A stretch of 64,000 bases of DNA from Saprospiraceae bacterium (GTDB lineage Bacteria > Bacteroidota > Bacteroidia > Chitinophagales > Saprospiraceae), in the NCBI GenBank assembly GCA_028282725.1, contig JANQHF010000043.1, positions 2,431 to 66,430 of the forward strand, given 5' to 3'. The notes below the pieces were generated by a model. The model was not told the DNA's origin. It was given only the letters and a program-made list of their open reading frames with translations, and did not search any database. Of the stretch, positions 18,922 through 28,263 are shown piece by piece (position 1 is the first letter of the stretch; each line of letters starts with the position of its first letter). A program made the translations under genes and the position numbers.

Positions 18922-19956
18922 TTAATTTTTTAGTCTTTCTCTCACTTTTTTGGCTCCGAGGACCATGTTGTCCAGTTTCTTTCTGGCGGCCCATCTGGCA
19001 GTCTGACTCAATCCGCAATCAGGTGCAATACTCAATTTTCCTGGATCTACATATTCGAGACATTGGATGATGCGCTCTTCGATATCCTCTACGGTCTCTA
19101 TGTAATAACTCTTGACATCGACTATGCCAACAGCCACGTCCATCTTACTGGCGATCAACTTTATAATTTCCAATTCTGAAAACTCGCGATTGGCCATTTC
19201 CACATGCATTTCATCCACCTTGAAATCCAGGAAGTCGGGAAACATCGGGGCCATTTTACGATAACCAACGGCATGTCCTTTGTAATTGCCAAAACACAAG
19301 TGGGTTGACAACCGGCATCTTCCTACAACCGGTTCAACAGTATCATTAAAAATATGTACAAATCGTTTTGTGTCCGACTTATAGGCATAACAACTCATAG
19401 ACGGTTCGTCGACCGTAATTTCTGTACAACCTGCCTCAACCAAATGAACTAACTCTTTACGGACGATGGGAATAAGTGCCATGGTTATGGCATAACGATC
19501 GGGATACTCGTCATTCGGAAGTAGTCGCCCACTTAAGGTAAAAGGACCAGGAATACTTGCCTTGAGGACGGGTCCATCAGGTGCAAGTCTCTCCAGTCTT
19601 CGAAATTCATCTACCACTCCCAAACCACCAGGAGCTCTTAATTCACCGGTGATAAGATGTTTGGCTCTTTGATCGTGGGCAGGAGGACCCCATTTTCTCG
19701 GATCCAATGCATTCTGCTCTATGCCTTCCAAAAATCCGTAAAATGACAAATTGAAATCCAGCCTGGTTTGTTCTCCATCGGTGATCACATCAAGACCGGA
19801 AGCAAGCTGATCGTGGATCGCTACCCGGACTGCGTCATCTTTGATTTCTTCAATGTCCGCAGGTCCAAAATGCTCAAGGTTCACGGAAGCAAACTCGAGC
19901 CATGATGGAAACGGATATGACCCGATCACGGTGGTTCTTATGGGTTGACTATTCAT
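18922..19956 (-). CDS. cobalamin-independent methionine synthase II (MetE C-terminal-like) family protein
   Basis: 344 aa with N-terminus TTVIGSYPFPSWL. Putative Zn ligands are retained in THLCFGNY (His/Cys) and IAPDCGLSQ (Cys). Confidence 0.7.
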   Translation of the reverse strand: MNSQPIRTTVIGSYPFPSWLEFASVNLEHFGPADIEEIKDDAVRVAIHDQLASGLDVITDGEQTRLDFNLSFYGFLEGIEQNALDPRKWGPPAHDQRAKHLITGELRAPGGLGVVDEFRRLERLAPDGPVLKASIPGPFTLSGRLLPNDEYPDRYAITMALIPIVRKELVHLVEAGCTEITVDEPSMSCYAYKSDTKRFVHIFNDTVEPVVGRCRLSTHLCFGNYKGHAVGYRKMAPMFPDFLDFKVDEMHVEMANREFSELEIIKLIASKMDVAVGIVDVKSYYIETVEDIEERIIQCLEYVDPGKLSIAPDCGLSQTARWAARKKLDNMVLGAKKVRERLKN

Positions 19957-20731
19957 TATTGTTTCTTTTTAATAACCTGGAAAGTTGATTGCTGTATTGA
20001 TCATAAGCATTATCAAAAAGTGCAACAGAGCGTTCTTTACCAAGGATGGCAGATGCTGTCAGGACCTTGATCGGAAAACCGGCCTCAACCAACCTGCTGG
20101 CCACTTCTGCCTTCAGACTATTTATGATGACGATCCCTCCCAGAGTAGACCCAGGGGAAACAGGCGATTCCAGGTTGGGAATGCGAACCATTGCATCTCC
20201 GACCGGTGCCCCGGTATCGAGGATTACATCTGCAAAGTCACTTAGCTTTTTTCCATCCGACCGATTACTCGTACTGGCATTTGCGTGAGCTTTGGAAATT
20301 ATGACAGAAGTAAATATACCCCTGGATTGGAATATTTCCGCCATTTCGATTGGGACCACATTACAACCACTGGACGAAATAATCAAGGCGCTATCTCGTT
20401 CATCCAAATTGAAATTTCTTAAAATCCGCGACGCAAATCCTTCAACATTCTCGAGATACATAGCTTGTCTCTGGCCATTGGCACCAACAACCTGGTTGTG
20501 ATTGGACAAGGACAATTCAACAATGGGATGAAAGCCGGGAAAAGAACCATATCTGGGCCACATTTCCTCCACCATGATCCGGCTGTGCCCGGATCCAAAT
20601 AAATGTACCACGCGATCCGAGAGAATGCTGGAGGCAAATTGATCGGCCGTCTTCCGGATCAAATCATCCTGGGCTTCGATTCTATCCAATATTTCCCTGC
20701 TTTTTGCCAGGTATTTTTTTCCAGGTGTCAT
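19949..20731 (-). CDS. SIS domain protein (SIS_2 / UPF0309-like sugar-phosphate isomerase fold)
   Basis: 260 aa. LFGSGHSRIMVEEMWPRYGSF and LIISSSGCNVVPIE are typical SIS blocks. Confidence 0.7.
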   Translation of the reverse strand: MTPGKKYLAKSREILDRIEAQDDLIRKTADQFASSILSDRVVHLFGSGHSRIMVEEMWPRYGSFPGFHPIVELSLSNHNQVVGANGQRQAMYLENVEGFASRILRNFNLDERDSALIISSSGCNVVPIEMAEIFQSRGIFTSVIISKAHANASTSNRSDGKKLSDFADVILDTGAPVGDAMVRIPNLESPVSPGSTLGGIVIINSLKAEVASRLVEAGFPIKVLTASAILGKERSVALFDNAYDQYSNQLSRLLKRNNNE

Positions 20732-21660
20732 TATAATAAATTTTGATCTTGGGCAAAGAGTGCTGCTCCGATGGCTCCGGCATAATTGCTGAGTGCAGCA
20801 AATTCAATTGGAGTTTTGTGGCCTTTGGGCCTCCATTCATAGATATCCATAAAATCCTCCAATGGATCCATTAAGTGTTTTCCTGCCTTGGCAATTCCTC
20901 CACCCAGGATGATCACTTCAGGGGATAAAATATTGATCAAAGAGACAATTCCCCTCGCCAATGCCTGAATGGAACATAACCACACCCAGGAAGCAAAGGG
21001 ATCATGCCGGGTATAGTCAGCGACCAAGCCCCTGGTAGTCGTATACCTGCCCTTTGACCTTCTGGCCAGAGTGCTTTCTGCAAACTGGCTTTCAAGGCTT
21101 CCCGGGGTGTCAACAATACCGAGAAAGGAGTCATCGGATATCGAAGTATGCCCGATATGCCCGGCGCGCCCCAGGGTTCCCTGGATCAACTTCCCATCGA
21201 TCATGATCCCGCCACCCACACCTGTTCCCAGGGTGAGCATAATTATATTTTTAAAATTTTGAGCATTCCCCAGTTTACCCTCAGCGTATAAAGCGGCATG
21301 AGCATCGTTCAGGACAGCCACTTCGCGATCGAGATAATCAGGCCATTCGAAATTCTCAATTCCCAACAACTTGTTTCCGTTAGAGACCACACCTGTATTC
21401 AGTGCATTGACGATGCCCGGAGAAGAAATTCCAATTGTCATGTCATTGGATCCTGTGATTTCTTCTATTTCCAAAATCAGATCCTTAATTGCTTTTTTCC
21501 AATATGCACTATTGTCCTGACCCTCGACATCAAGGGTGGGTTTTGATGACTCGTAATGTATCCGCCCCCCGGAATCGGTCAATACCGCTTTGATATGAGT
21601 TCCCCCCAGGTCGATACCTATCATCTTTCGGATTTCTTCATTCATGTTTTCAGAATTCAA
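20731..21660 (-). CDS. ROK family sugar kinase
   Basis: IGIDLGGTHIKAV is the ATP-binding motif. LGTGVGGG and GHIGH are ROK-type His-containing motifs. Confidence 0.85.
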   Translation of the reverse strand: MNSENMNEEIRKMIGIDLGGTHIKAVLTDSGGRIHYESSKPTLDVEGQDNSAYWKKAIKDLILEIEEITGSNDMTIGISSPGIVNALNTGVVSNGNKLLGIENFEWPDYLDREVAVLNDAHAALYAEGKLGNAQNFKNIIMLTLGTGVGGGIMIDGKLIQGTLGRAGHIGHTSISDDSFLGIVDTPGSLESQFAESTLARRSKGRYTTTRGLVADYTRHDPFASWVWLCSIQALARGIVSLINILSPEVIILGGGIAKAGKHLMDPLEDFMDIYEWRPKGHKTPIEFAALSNYAGAIGAALFAQDQNLL

Positions 21661-22421
21661 TACTGACCCTCACTTATAGACCACCCGCCATCAACACCTA
21701 ATACCTGTCCTGTCGTCGATGCCGAGTAATCGGACAAGAAATAGACTGCCGCACCATCAAGATCGGCAGCTTTCAACATTCTGCCTCCGTCAAGCGGTTG
21801 TTTGGTCCTTATAAATTTTAGAATATCCTCATTTTCTGCAGCTCTTTGGGCCATTGGTGTATCTACAAGCCCTGGAGACAACACGTTGATGCGAATGTCA
21901 AATTGGGCATAGTAGGAAGCAACGGACTTCGAAAAACCAATTATTGCCGATTTAGCCGCGGCATAAGCATGAGTATGGAAATGTTTAGGAGAAGGATCCG
22001 TAGCCAGTAAAGTACTCAAGTTCAGAATACTGCCTGCTTGTTTATGTTCCAGCCAATAACGTATAATCAATTTATTGGAGACCATCACTGAGTCAAGATT
22101 CAGCTCAAGGGTCTTTACCCAGGCATCCTTGGTCAGCTCATGCAAGGGGCCATCCCCCCACTTGCGTCCGCTTCCACCAGCTACATGATACAGTCCGTCC
22201 AATCCCCCATACTCTGATATGCACTTCTGTAAGGCTGCTTTCACTTGATGTTCGTCCCGGGCATCCCCGATGAGATATGTGCAATTTGAAATCTCAGGAT
22301 CCTTCTCTGGCTCCAATCCAAAGGCAACGACACGTGCTCCGTGATTCACGAAAGCCTTTGCCGCAGACAAGCCTATGCCTGAAGTTCCACCAATGATTAC
22401 TATTTTCTTGTCCTTCAGCAA
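21657..22421 (-). CDS. SDR family oxidoreductase
   Basis: IIGGTSGIG is the TGxxxGxG-type motif and YAAAK is the YxxxK catalytic motif. 254 aa. Confidence 0.85.
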   Translation of the reverse strand: MLKDKKIVIIGGTSGIGLSAAKAFVNHGARVVAFGLEPEKDPEISNCTYLIGDARDEHQVKAALQKCISEYGGLDGLYHVAGGSGRKWGDGPLHELTKDAWVKTLELNLDSVMVSNKLIIRYWLEHKQAGSILNLSTLLATDPSPKHFHTHAYAAAKSAIIGFSKSVASYYAQFDIRINVLSPGLVDTPMAQRAAENEDILKFIRTKQPLDGGRMLKAADLDGAAVYFLSDYSASTTGQVLGVDGGWSISEGQY

Positions 22422-22436
22422 GTTGACTTGTTGGTT

Positions 22437-23660
22437 TCAGATGAATCGTTGAATAATTTCTTCGGTTTCCTTGACTTTCAGAATCACCTTTGTCTTGCCA
22501 TCCGGCATTTTTTCCTCCTTGATCATCCAGTGTTGGTCATCGTATTCACGAGGTTTGATTTTTTTAATGTTTTCTTCACCACCTCTCCATTCCGGCAGTT
22601 TGACAGGCTCCCACTTTTTGCTTTTCGCGGAAGCGTAACATGCATCCATAATAGCGTTGACAATGTAGCCATCATAAAAAGATTCCATAGGTGACACACT
22701 TTTATCTATCGCATCAAACATATCCGTGAACATATGGGTATAACCCAAGGCGTGGACTTCGTCCCCGACCGGAAACAACCATCCGGATTCCGATTCCGCT
22801 TTTTCGGCCACATAATTTCCCGTATCGCCGGCAACGAACATTTCAAAACCGGTACGTAGCCAATGATCACATCTGATCGTACCTTCGGTACCGGCAACCT
22901 CATCTTTCAATTCCATACCTCCCCGGAACGTCCATGAGACTTCAATTTGGCTGATTGCGCCTGTTTCATATTTAATCAGGGCAATCGCATTATCTTCTGC
23001 TTTTATAGGTTTGACAAGGGTGTCCGCCCAACACATAACCTCTATGGGCCTTACATTTTTTCCGATGTAGTTACGACCGATTTCAATACAATGACAGCCC
23101 AGGTCAATAATGGCTCCTCCCCCACTTTGTCCCGGGTCCCAAAACCAATCACTGTGAGGCCCAGGGTGTGCTTCGCGCGCCCTTGTCCACGTGACCTGTC
23201 CGATAGAGCCTGCCTTGACTGAGGCCAATGCCTTAAGTGTCTTAGGAGTATAGCACAGGTCTTCCAGGTAGCCATGAAATACACCGTATTTTTCCACGGT
23301 TTGTAAAAGCGCCAGTGCCTCTTCTCCATTCATAGCAAGTGGCTTGGTGCATAAGATTGCCTTGCCGGCAAGAGCGGCTTTTTCTATGGCTTCTTTATGT
23401 AAATGATTAGGTAATCCAATAACAACAACATCTGTATCGGGATGATTGATCGCTTCATCCATGTCGTCGGTATATCTAGGAATGTCCCAATCACCGGCAA
23501 ACTTCTGAGCCTTGTCTCTCGAACGGGAGTATACACAAGTAACCCGATCCTGTCCTCTGTGCTGATGCAAGGTTTGTGTATAAAACATACCAATCAGGCC
23601 AGTACCTAACATGGAAATTCTGTGTCTTGTCATTTGCGAAAACTTCTGCGGATTATTCAT
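22437..23660 (-). CDS. Gfo/Idh/MocA family oxidoreductase (cytoplasmic)
   Basis: N-terminal Rossmann [13 protein letters not shown], then the ILCTKP (EKP-like) block. 407 aa with no signal peptide. Confidence 0.85.
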   Translation of the reverse strand: MNNPQKFSQMTRHRISMLGTGLIGMFYTQTLHQHRGQDRVTCVYSRSRDKAQKFAGDWDIPRYTDDMDEAINHPDTDVVVIGLPNHLHKEAIEKAALAGKAILCTKPLAMNGEEALALLQTVEKYGVFHGYLEDLCYTPKTLKALASVKAGSIGQVTWTRAREAHPGPHSDWFWDPGQSGGGAIIDLGCHCIEIGRNYIGKNVRPIEVMCWADTLVKPIKAEDNAIALIKYETGAISQIEVSWTFRGGMELKDEVAGTEGTIRCDHWLRTGFEMFVAGDTGNYVAEKAESESGWLFPVGDEVHALGYTHMFTDMFDAIDKSVSPMESFYDGYIVNAIMDACYASAKSKKWEPVKLPEWRGGEENIKKIKPREYDDQHWMIKEEKMPDGKTKVILKVKETEEIIQRFI

Positions 23661-23838
23661 CGAAAGATAAACCCTATTTCGCTTTTGGCAAAAACGAGAC
23701 TATTTCAACCGTAGAGCCGCAAAAAGAGAAAACCGTGTGAAATTCTCATTGATTCACCAAAAAAGGGGATAATATATAGATTGGTCGTCTTCTCGACATG
23801 GACAAGAAATCAATAAAAATCCCATTTACGAACATCGT

Positions 23839-24945
23839 CTAATTCTGCCGGGAAACCACGGCTCCTGACTTGATCCGCTCCCTGTAAAATGATTCGGTCA
23901 ACAGAGGTTCATCCAGAGAATTAAAGAAGGATTGTACATAGCGCTTTACATCATTTCGCGCAGATCGGCCTATATGTTCGAATGACTTGACAAGGTCAAC
24001 AATCTGATGCTCCTTTTCCCTGAAGGATTCAATTGCCAGCGCCAGATCCTCATCACTTGCTTGTCCCAGGAATATCCTTTCCTTTACACTGGTCATCCCA
24101 TACTCTGTTACAGCATATGAGGCATTTACCAGACCACTAAAATCAAAGTCATAGGGAACGACAAAAACTTCTCCGGTAGAATAGTTCTTGACAAAGTGAA
24201 TGTTTTTATTCATTTCGAGATTCCAGTCTGCATTGCCGATCAGGTACTGAAACAGTGCATGCTGGCTTGCACTTTCAGAATGTACATCATTGTGGCTTAC
24301 ACCAAATTCATCATATATCCCTCCTCCAAGTCTCAATGCCATTTCATCATCATTCTCAATAAAGAATCCCCACTTCTGACCCAAGTCATATTTGCCACTG
24401 GTATCTTCCCAATTGATCTTGACGAGCTGTACGCGCAGACTTCGATCCGTAATGAGGTTATAGATCTTATAAGCAAGATATTCTCTGACCAACAATTCCT
24501 CAGACTCTTCATTTTCACCACAATGGGTTACGAGGTTCAAAGATTTGAAAGGTTTGAGATGTTCCGACTTAAAAATGGAGTGATTGAACTTAATTTTGAT
24601 CGGTGGGAAATCACATATCTTTTTCCGGTATTTACCTCGTGTACGAAGCTCGACATTCCATTCCGGCCGCAAATCGCTTGAGTCGTCAAAAGACATAACA
24701 GCACCCTGGTAATTCTTGGATTTCCTTTTAGTAAGCAGTTTATCGATGTCGGTTTTAACCGAAATCGTCAAGACCTCTTGTTCAGCCAGGCGGTCAAAAA
24801 CGCTTTTTAAGCCCTCTCTACCATCATTTACTACATCTTCATTCGCAAATGAAGTAAATGCAATTCCCGGGATAATAATGAGAAAACAGATGATGTTGTG
24901 CAATGAATTTCTCACATTCTTATTTTTTCTAATGATGAGATACAA
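23839..24945 (-). CDS. hypothetical secreted protein (conserved Bacteroidota-type, function unknown)
   Basis: 368 aa with a hydrophobic N-terminus. Blocks RTRGKYRKKICDFPPIKIKF, REYLAYKIYN, LIGNADWN and VPYDFDFSG are present. No family is confidently recognised. Confidence 0.55.
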   Translation of the reverse strand: MYLIIRKNKNVRNSLHNIICFLIIIPGIAFTSFANEDVVNDGREGLKSVFDRLAEQEVLTISVKTDIDKLLTKRKSKNYQGAVMSFDDSSDLRPEWNVELRTRGKYRKKICDFPPIKIKFNHSIFKSEHLKPFKSLNLVTHCGENEESEELLVREYLAYKIYNLITDRSLRVQLVKINWEDTSGKYDLGQKWGFFIENDDEMALRLGGGIYDEFGVSHNDVHSESASQHALFQYLIGNADWNLEMNKNIHFVKNYSTGEVFVVPYDFDFSGLVNASYAVTEYGMTSVKERIFLGQASDEDLALAIESFREKEHQIVDLVKSFEHIGRSARNDVKRYVQSFFNSLDEPLLTESFYRERIKSGAVVSRQN

Positions 24946-25016
24946 AGATTTATCCCTTCTTACTTTGAGACATTAGTTCTTAGATTTACCAAGAAGCTTT
25001 CTCGACGAACGGTAGA

Positions 25017-25156
25017 ATGTTGCCACAGAACATACATCAGAACTTTGAGAAAATCAAGCATGTGTTGTTGCTTGGTACCATCAGCTTTGGCGTAGAATCG
25101 ATGGAATCATCACGGACTACCCAAATATCCTGGTGAAGACATCTTTATACAATTGA
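25017..25156 (+). pseudogene. possible relic of a glycerophosphodiester phosphodiesterase C-terminus (frameshifted)
   Basis: One frame reads ...EKIKHVLLLGTISFGVE. The next frame continues DGIITDYPNILVK then a stop (25100..25156). (G)VDGIITDYP is the characteristic GDPD C-terminal motif. No intact upstream ORF exists. Confidence 0.25.
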
Positions 25157-25239
25157 TGATCCGTATGATCAGACGAATTCATTTAACTTTATCATAAGCT
25201 GTTGGACAAGAATTTAATTGCGAAGACATCAGAGCTCTT

Positions 25240-25893
25240 ATGATCATCTCAAAATTCCCGGCTGTTATTCTGATCTCCTTTGTACTCTTTATACATGATA
25301 TCAATGGTCAGGTTCAATCTACCTTTCACCTTGGTAATGAGTTTCAGAGATTTAATATCCAGGAATATGATTTGAAATTACAGCAACCAAATATTGAAGA
25401 CCGGATGATGTGCAAACACTGGTGTGGTAATCAACTCATCACCATGATGGACACTTTGGAAGTAGAATTCAACTTTGATTTATCAGAATCTCTTTTCTAC
25501 ATCCATATGAACGAAAAGATATTTACTGTCAAAAGCCACTTTATTAAATCGTTCATAATCGATGGTCGGACGCACATCAACTACAGAAAACCTTACTCTG
25601 AAAAAGCAATGATTCTCGAAGTCCTGGTGGATGGGAAATACACCCTGTACAAACATCACAACCTGATCTACAAAGAGCCGGACTTCAACCCTGTATTGAG
25701 TGTAGGGAGCAAGGAAGGCTCTTATAAAATGAAATATGACTACTATGTCTTTTGCGATGAACGGTTAATTCCAATATCGGCAAAGGGGAAGAAGGCATTA
25801 AAAAAAATGCAACGAGAGTGTCAGATCCCGTCAGGAGTAAAGGTAAAAGGAGATATCATTGACCTATTTCATCAGATAAATACCACCCATTGA
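25240..25893 (+). CDS. hypothetical secreted protein
   Basis: Signal peptide MIISKFPAVILISFVLFIHDINGQ. 217 aa with no recognised domain. Confidence 0.5.
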   Translation: MIISKFPAVILISFVLFIHDINGQVQSTFHLGNEFQRFNIQEYDLKLQQPNIEDRMMCKHWCGNQLITMMDTLEVEFNFDLSESLFYIHMNEKIFTVKSHFIKSFIIDGRTHINYRKPYSEKAMILEVLVDGKYTLYKHHNLIYKEPDFNPVLSVGSKEGSYKMKYDYYVFCDERLIPISAKGKKALKKMQRECQIPSGVKVKGDIIDLFHQINTTH

Positions 25894-25938
25894 ACTGTAC
25901 GGTGTCGCAGGCTGGAAAAAGAACTGCGGTTTTACCCT

Positions 25939-27366
25939 TTAATCCAATTCAAAATCCCAATTACCCCTGTATGTCCGTCGCACAAAGTTGTTTGCCGGTT
26001 CGAAGTTGGTAATTTTCATTGCTTCTCCATCCCATAGCAATTTTTTGCGCCCCGGATATTCGACCCCCGGCCATCCTTCTGTCTTGACGGTATAGTTGTA
26101 ACTCAAGACGGCAAGATTACCCATTAAGACGGTCTCTGTCAACGGACCTGATTCTGCAAATGATGAGCTCGTGCTTGCACCATATCCCTCCTTACAGGCT
26201 TTCACCCACTGCTGCTGATGTCCCTCGGGACCGCCTTCTACAAGGGGTTTGGAAGGTTCGGGAAGATTGATGTACTTCATTTTTGAAGTCGGTAGTATCG
26301 TTGGGTCATCGCCAAATAAGCCAGCCATCAACTTTCCTTGTGTGCCTTCAAACAGGATTCCTCCGTCCCATGTACCCAATTCTTCATCGGGGCCCAATTC
26401 TTCAGGACGATCCGGCAAAATGCCACCATCATACCATATGACTTCGACAGGAGGCATTTGATCCCTGGCTGGAAATTGTATGTGGATCTTCGTGGCTGCG
26501 GGATAACTGTCCATAGTGTGATCCGGATCGAAAAATCCACTCCACTTAGCGCTTGCACTACAGTAGGCTGATACAGGGTATTTTAGTTTTAAAGCTCTAA
26601 AGGGAACATCCATAATATGACATCCCATGTCGCCAAGGGCCCCCGTACCAAAATCTACCCACCCGCGCCAATTGGCCGGAATATAGATTGAATTGAACGG
26701 TCTTTCCGGGGCTGTGCCCAGCCATAATTGCCAATCCACTTCCTTAGGTATATCATGGACTTCCTTGGGAAAGGGTATGCCTTGTGGCCACACCGGGCGA
26801 TTCGTCCAGACGTGCACCCTGGTCACGTCACCGATCAGTCCGCCCTGGATCCACGACTCAACATAACGGGTACTGTCTCCACTGCTACCCTGGTTACCCA
26901 TCTGGGTCACGACACGGTATTTCTCTGCAGCCACGGTCAAAATTCGGGCTTCATAAATATCGTGGGTAAGGGGCTTCTCGCAATAGACGTGTTTTCCCAT
27001 TTTCATTGCTGCCAATGCCTGGACACCATGCATGTGATCGGGACTACTTACAAGGACTGCATCAATGTTAGCGTCTTCCTTTTCAAGCATCTCCCGAAAG
27101 TCCCGATAATAGGGCACTGAGGGAAACTCCCTTCTCGCCCATTCGGCCATCCTGTCATCGACATCACACAATGCGGTTATGTTGTCCGATCCTTTGTTAT
27201 AAGACAAGTTGATGTTGACTCTCCCTTTTCCCCCAACTCCAATGGCTGCAATATTGAGTTTATCACTAGGAGGAATATACCCCTTACCCCCCAGGACATG
27301 ACGGGGTACGATATAGAATCCTGCGAGTGCTTTACCTGTAGATGAGACAAATTTTCTTCTTTTCAC
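25939..27366 (-). CDS. TAT-exported Gfo/Idh/MocA family oxidoreductase
   Basis: Twin-arginine signal MKRRKFVSSTGKALAGF. Rossmann IAAIGVGGKG and the YCEKP block are present. 475 aa. Confidence 0.85.
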   Translation of the reverse strand: MKRRKFVSSTGKALAGFYIVPRHVLGGKGYIPPSDKLNIAAIGVGGKGRVNINLSYNKGSDNITALCDVDDRMAEWARREFPSVPYYRDFREMLEKEDANIDAVLVSSPDHMHGVQALAAMKMGKHVYCEKPLTHDIYEARILTVAAEKYRVVTQMGNQGSSGDSTRYVESWIQGGLIGDVTRVHVWTNRPVWPQGIPFPKEVHDIPKEVDWQLWLGTAPERPFNSIYIPANWRGWVDFGTGALGDMGCHIMDVPFRALKLKYPVSAYCSASAKWSGFFDPDHTMDSYPAATKIHIQFPARDQMPPVEVIWYDGGILPDRPEELGPDEELGTWDGGILFEGTQGKLMAGLFGDDPTILPTSKMKYINLPEPSKPLVEGGPEGHQQQWVKACKEGYGASTSSSFAESGPLTETVLMGNLAVLSYNYTVKTEGWPGVEYPGRKKLLWDGEAMKITNFEPANNFVRRTYRGNWDFELD

Positions 27367-27468
27367 AACTTGCTTTTAAATTGAACATTTATCAAAGACC
27401 CCGGCAATATACTGTAAATTATAAGTTTGTATCATATCGCAGCACATCCGCTGAGCTGATACCTGGAG

Positions 27469-28263
27469 ATGAGCATAATGAAATGGAATCGGGTAAAAAA
27501 TTTCTACAGCCTATGGCGGTGGCTCCTTACAGCCAAGACCATTCACCAGATTGATTCACCTGCTATTTATGACTTTTACAAAACGGTAATTGATCCAGGC
27601 GAACCACGTGCTACAAACCGTTACGAGAAGAAAAGTGATGATCATCCGGGTAATGATGTGCCGGATCAATCGAATACAAGCAACGGGCTAAATGATCCGA
27701 CCGGACCCGAATTCTCGAGCAGAAGAGATCAACTGCTCAGTAGAGTCATACTGTACTTTCAACCGAAAAATATCCTCTATATCGGTTCATCTTCCGAGCG
27801 ATTTGCCTTTTTACAAGAAGTTATTAATGGTGACATTCCAATCGTTTGGATGAATTCCGGTCAAACGATTTATAAGAATGAAGATAGTACTCAACGCGAT
27901 ATAAGTGGTACGTTACAGATGCAAAGCAGGAAAATCGGAAAGGAAGATTGGGATGTATCTGTCACACGAGGGTTCGACCTGATCTATATAGACCGTTGGA
28001 GCGTGGCAAACACACTCTTAAGTGATGACTCCCCGATGACAGATGAGATCTGTAAAGCCAGTGTGACAATATTGGACAACGTACAAGTATCAACAATGAT
28101 GGACGATGTCTATCAGAATCTCAAAGATCAAAACAACCATCAATTATTTCTTGATCTGTGGTACTTCGTGATCATTTCAAAAGATCAAAGGATCCATCAT
28201 CCGCTACATATTAGGATGAGCCCTTTTAAGACCAATTGGCAACCAGGACTGTTCAGAACTTAA
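27469..28263 (+). CDS. hypothetical protein, degenerate class I methyltransferase-like
   Basis: N-terminal LWRWLLTAKTIHQIDSPAIYDFYKTVI resembles a Bacteroidota methyltransferase-like family. The expected GxGxG motif I reads ILYIGSSSE. A low-complexity insert is present (DDHPGNDVPDQSNTSNGLNDPTG). Confidence 0.45.
   Translation: MSIMKWNRVKNFYSLWRWLLTAKTIHQIDSPAIYDFYKTVIDPGEPRATNRYEKKSDDHPGNDVPDQSNTSNGLNDPTGPEFSSRRDQLLSRVILYFQPKNILYIGSSSERFAFLQEVINGDIPIVWMNSGQTIYKNEDSTQRDISGTLQMQSRKIGKEDWDVSVTRGFDLIYIDRWSVANTLLSDDSPMTDEICKASVTILDNVQVSTMMDDVYQNLKDQNNHQLFLDLWYFVIISKDQRIHHPLHIRMSPFKTNWQPGLFRT

Noticed and set aside
24196-24681. Long antisense ORFs of 140-173 aa: 24196..24681(+), 31511..32029(+), 38382..38810(-), 44410..44844(+), 58021..58503(-) and 58755..59276(+).
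   Set aside because: Each lies fully opposite a confidently identified gene (purA, porX, a transporter and others). Their composition is skewed (R/P/S/C/I-rich) with no recognisable motifs. These are typical shadow ORFs.
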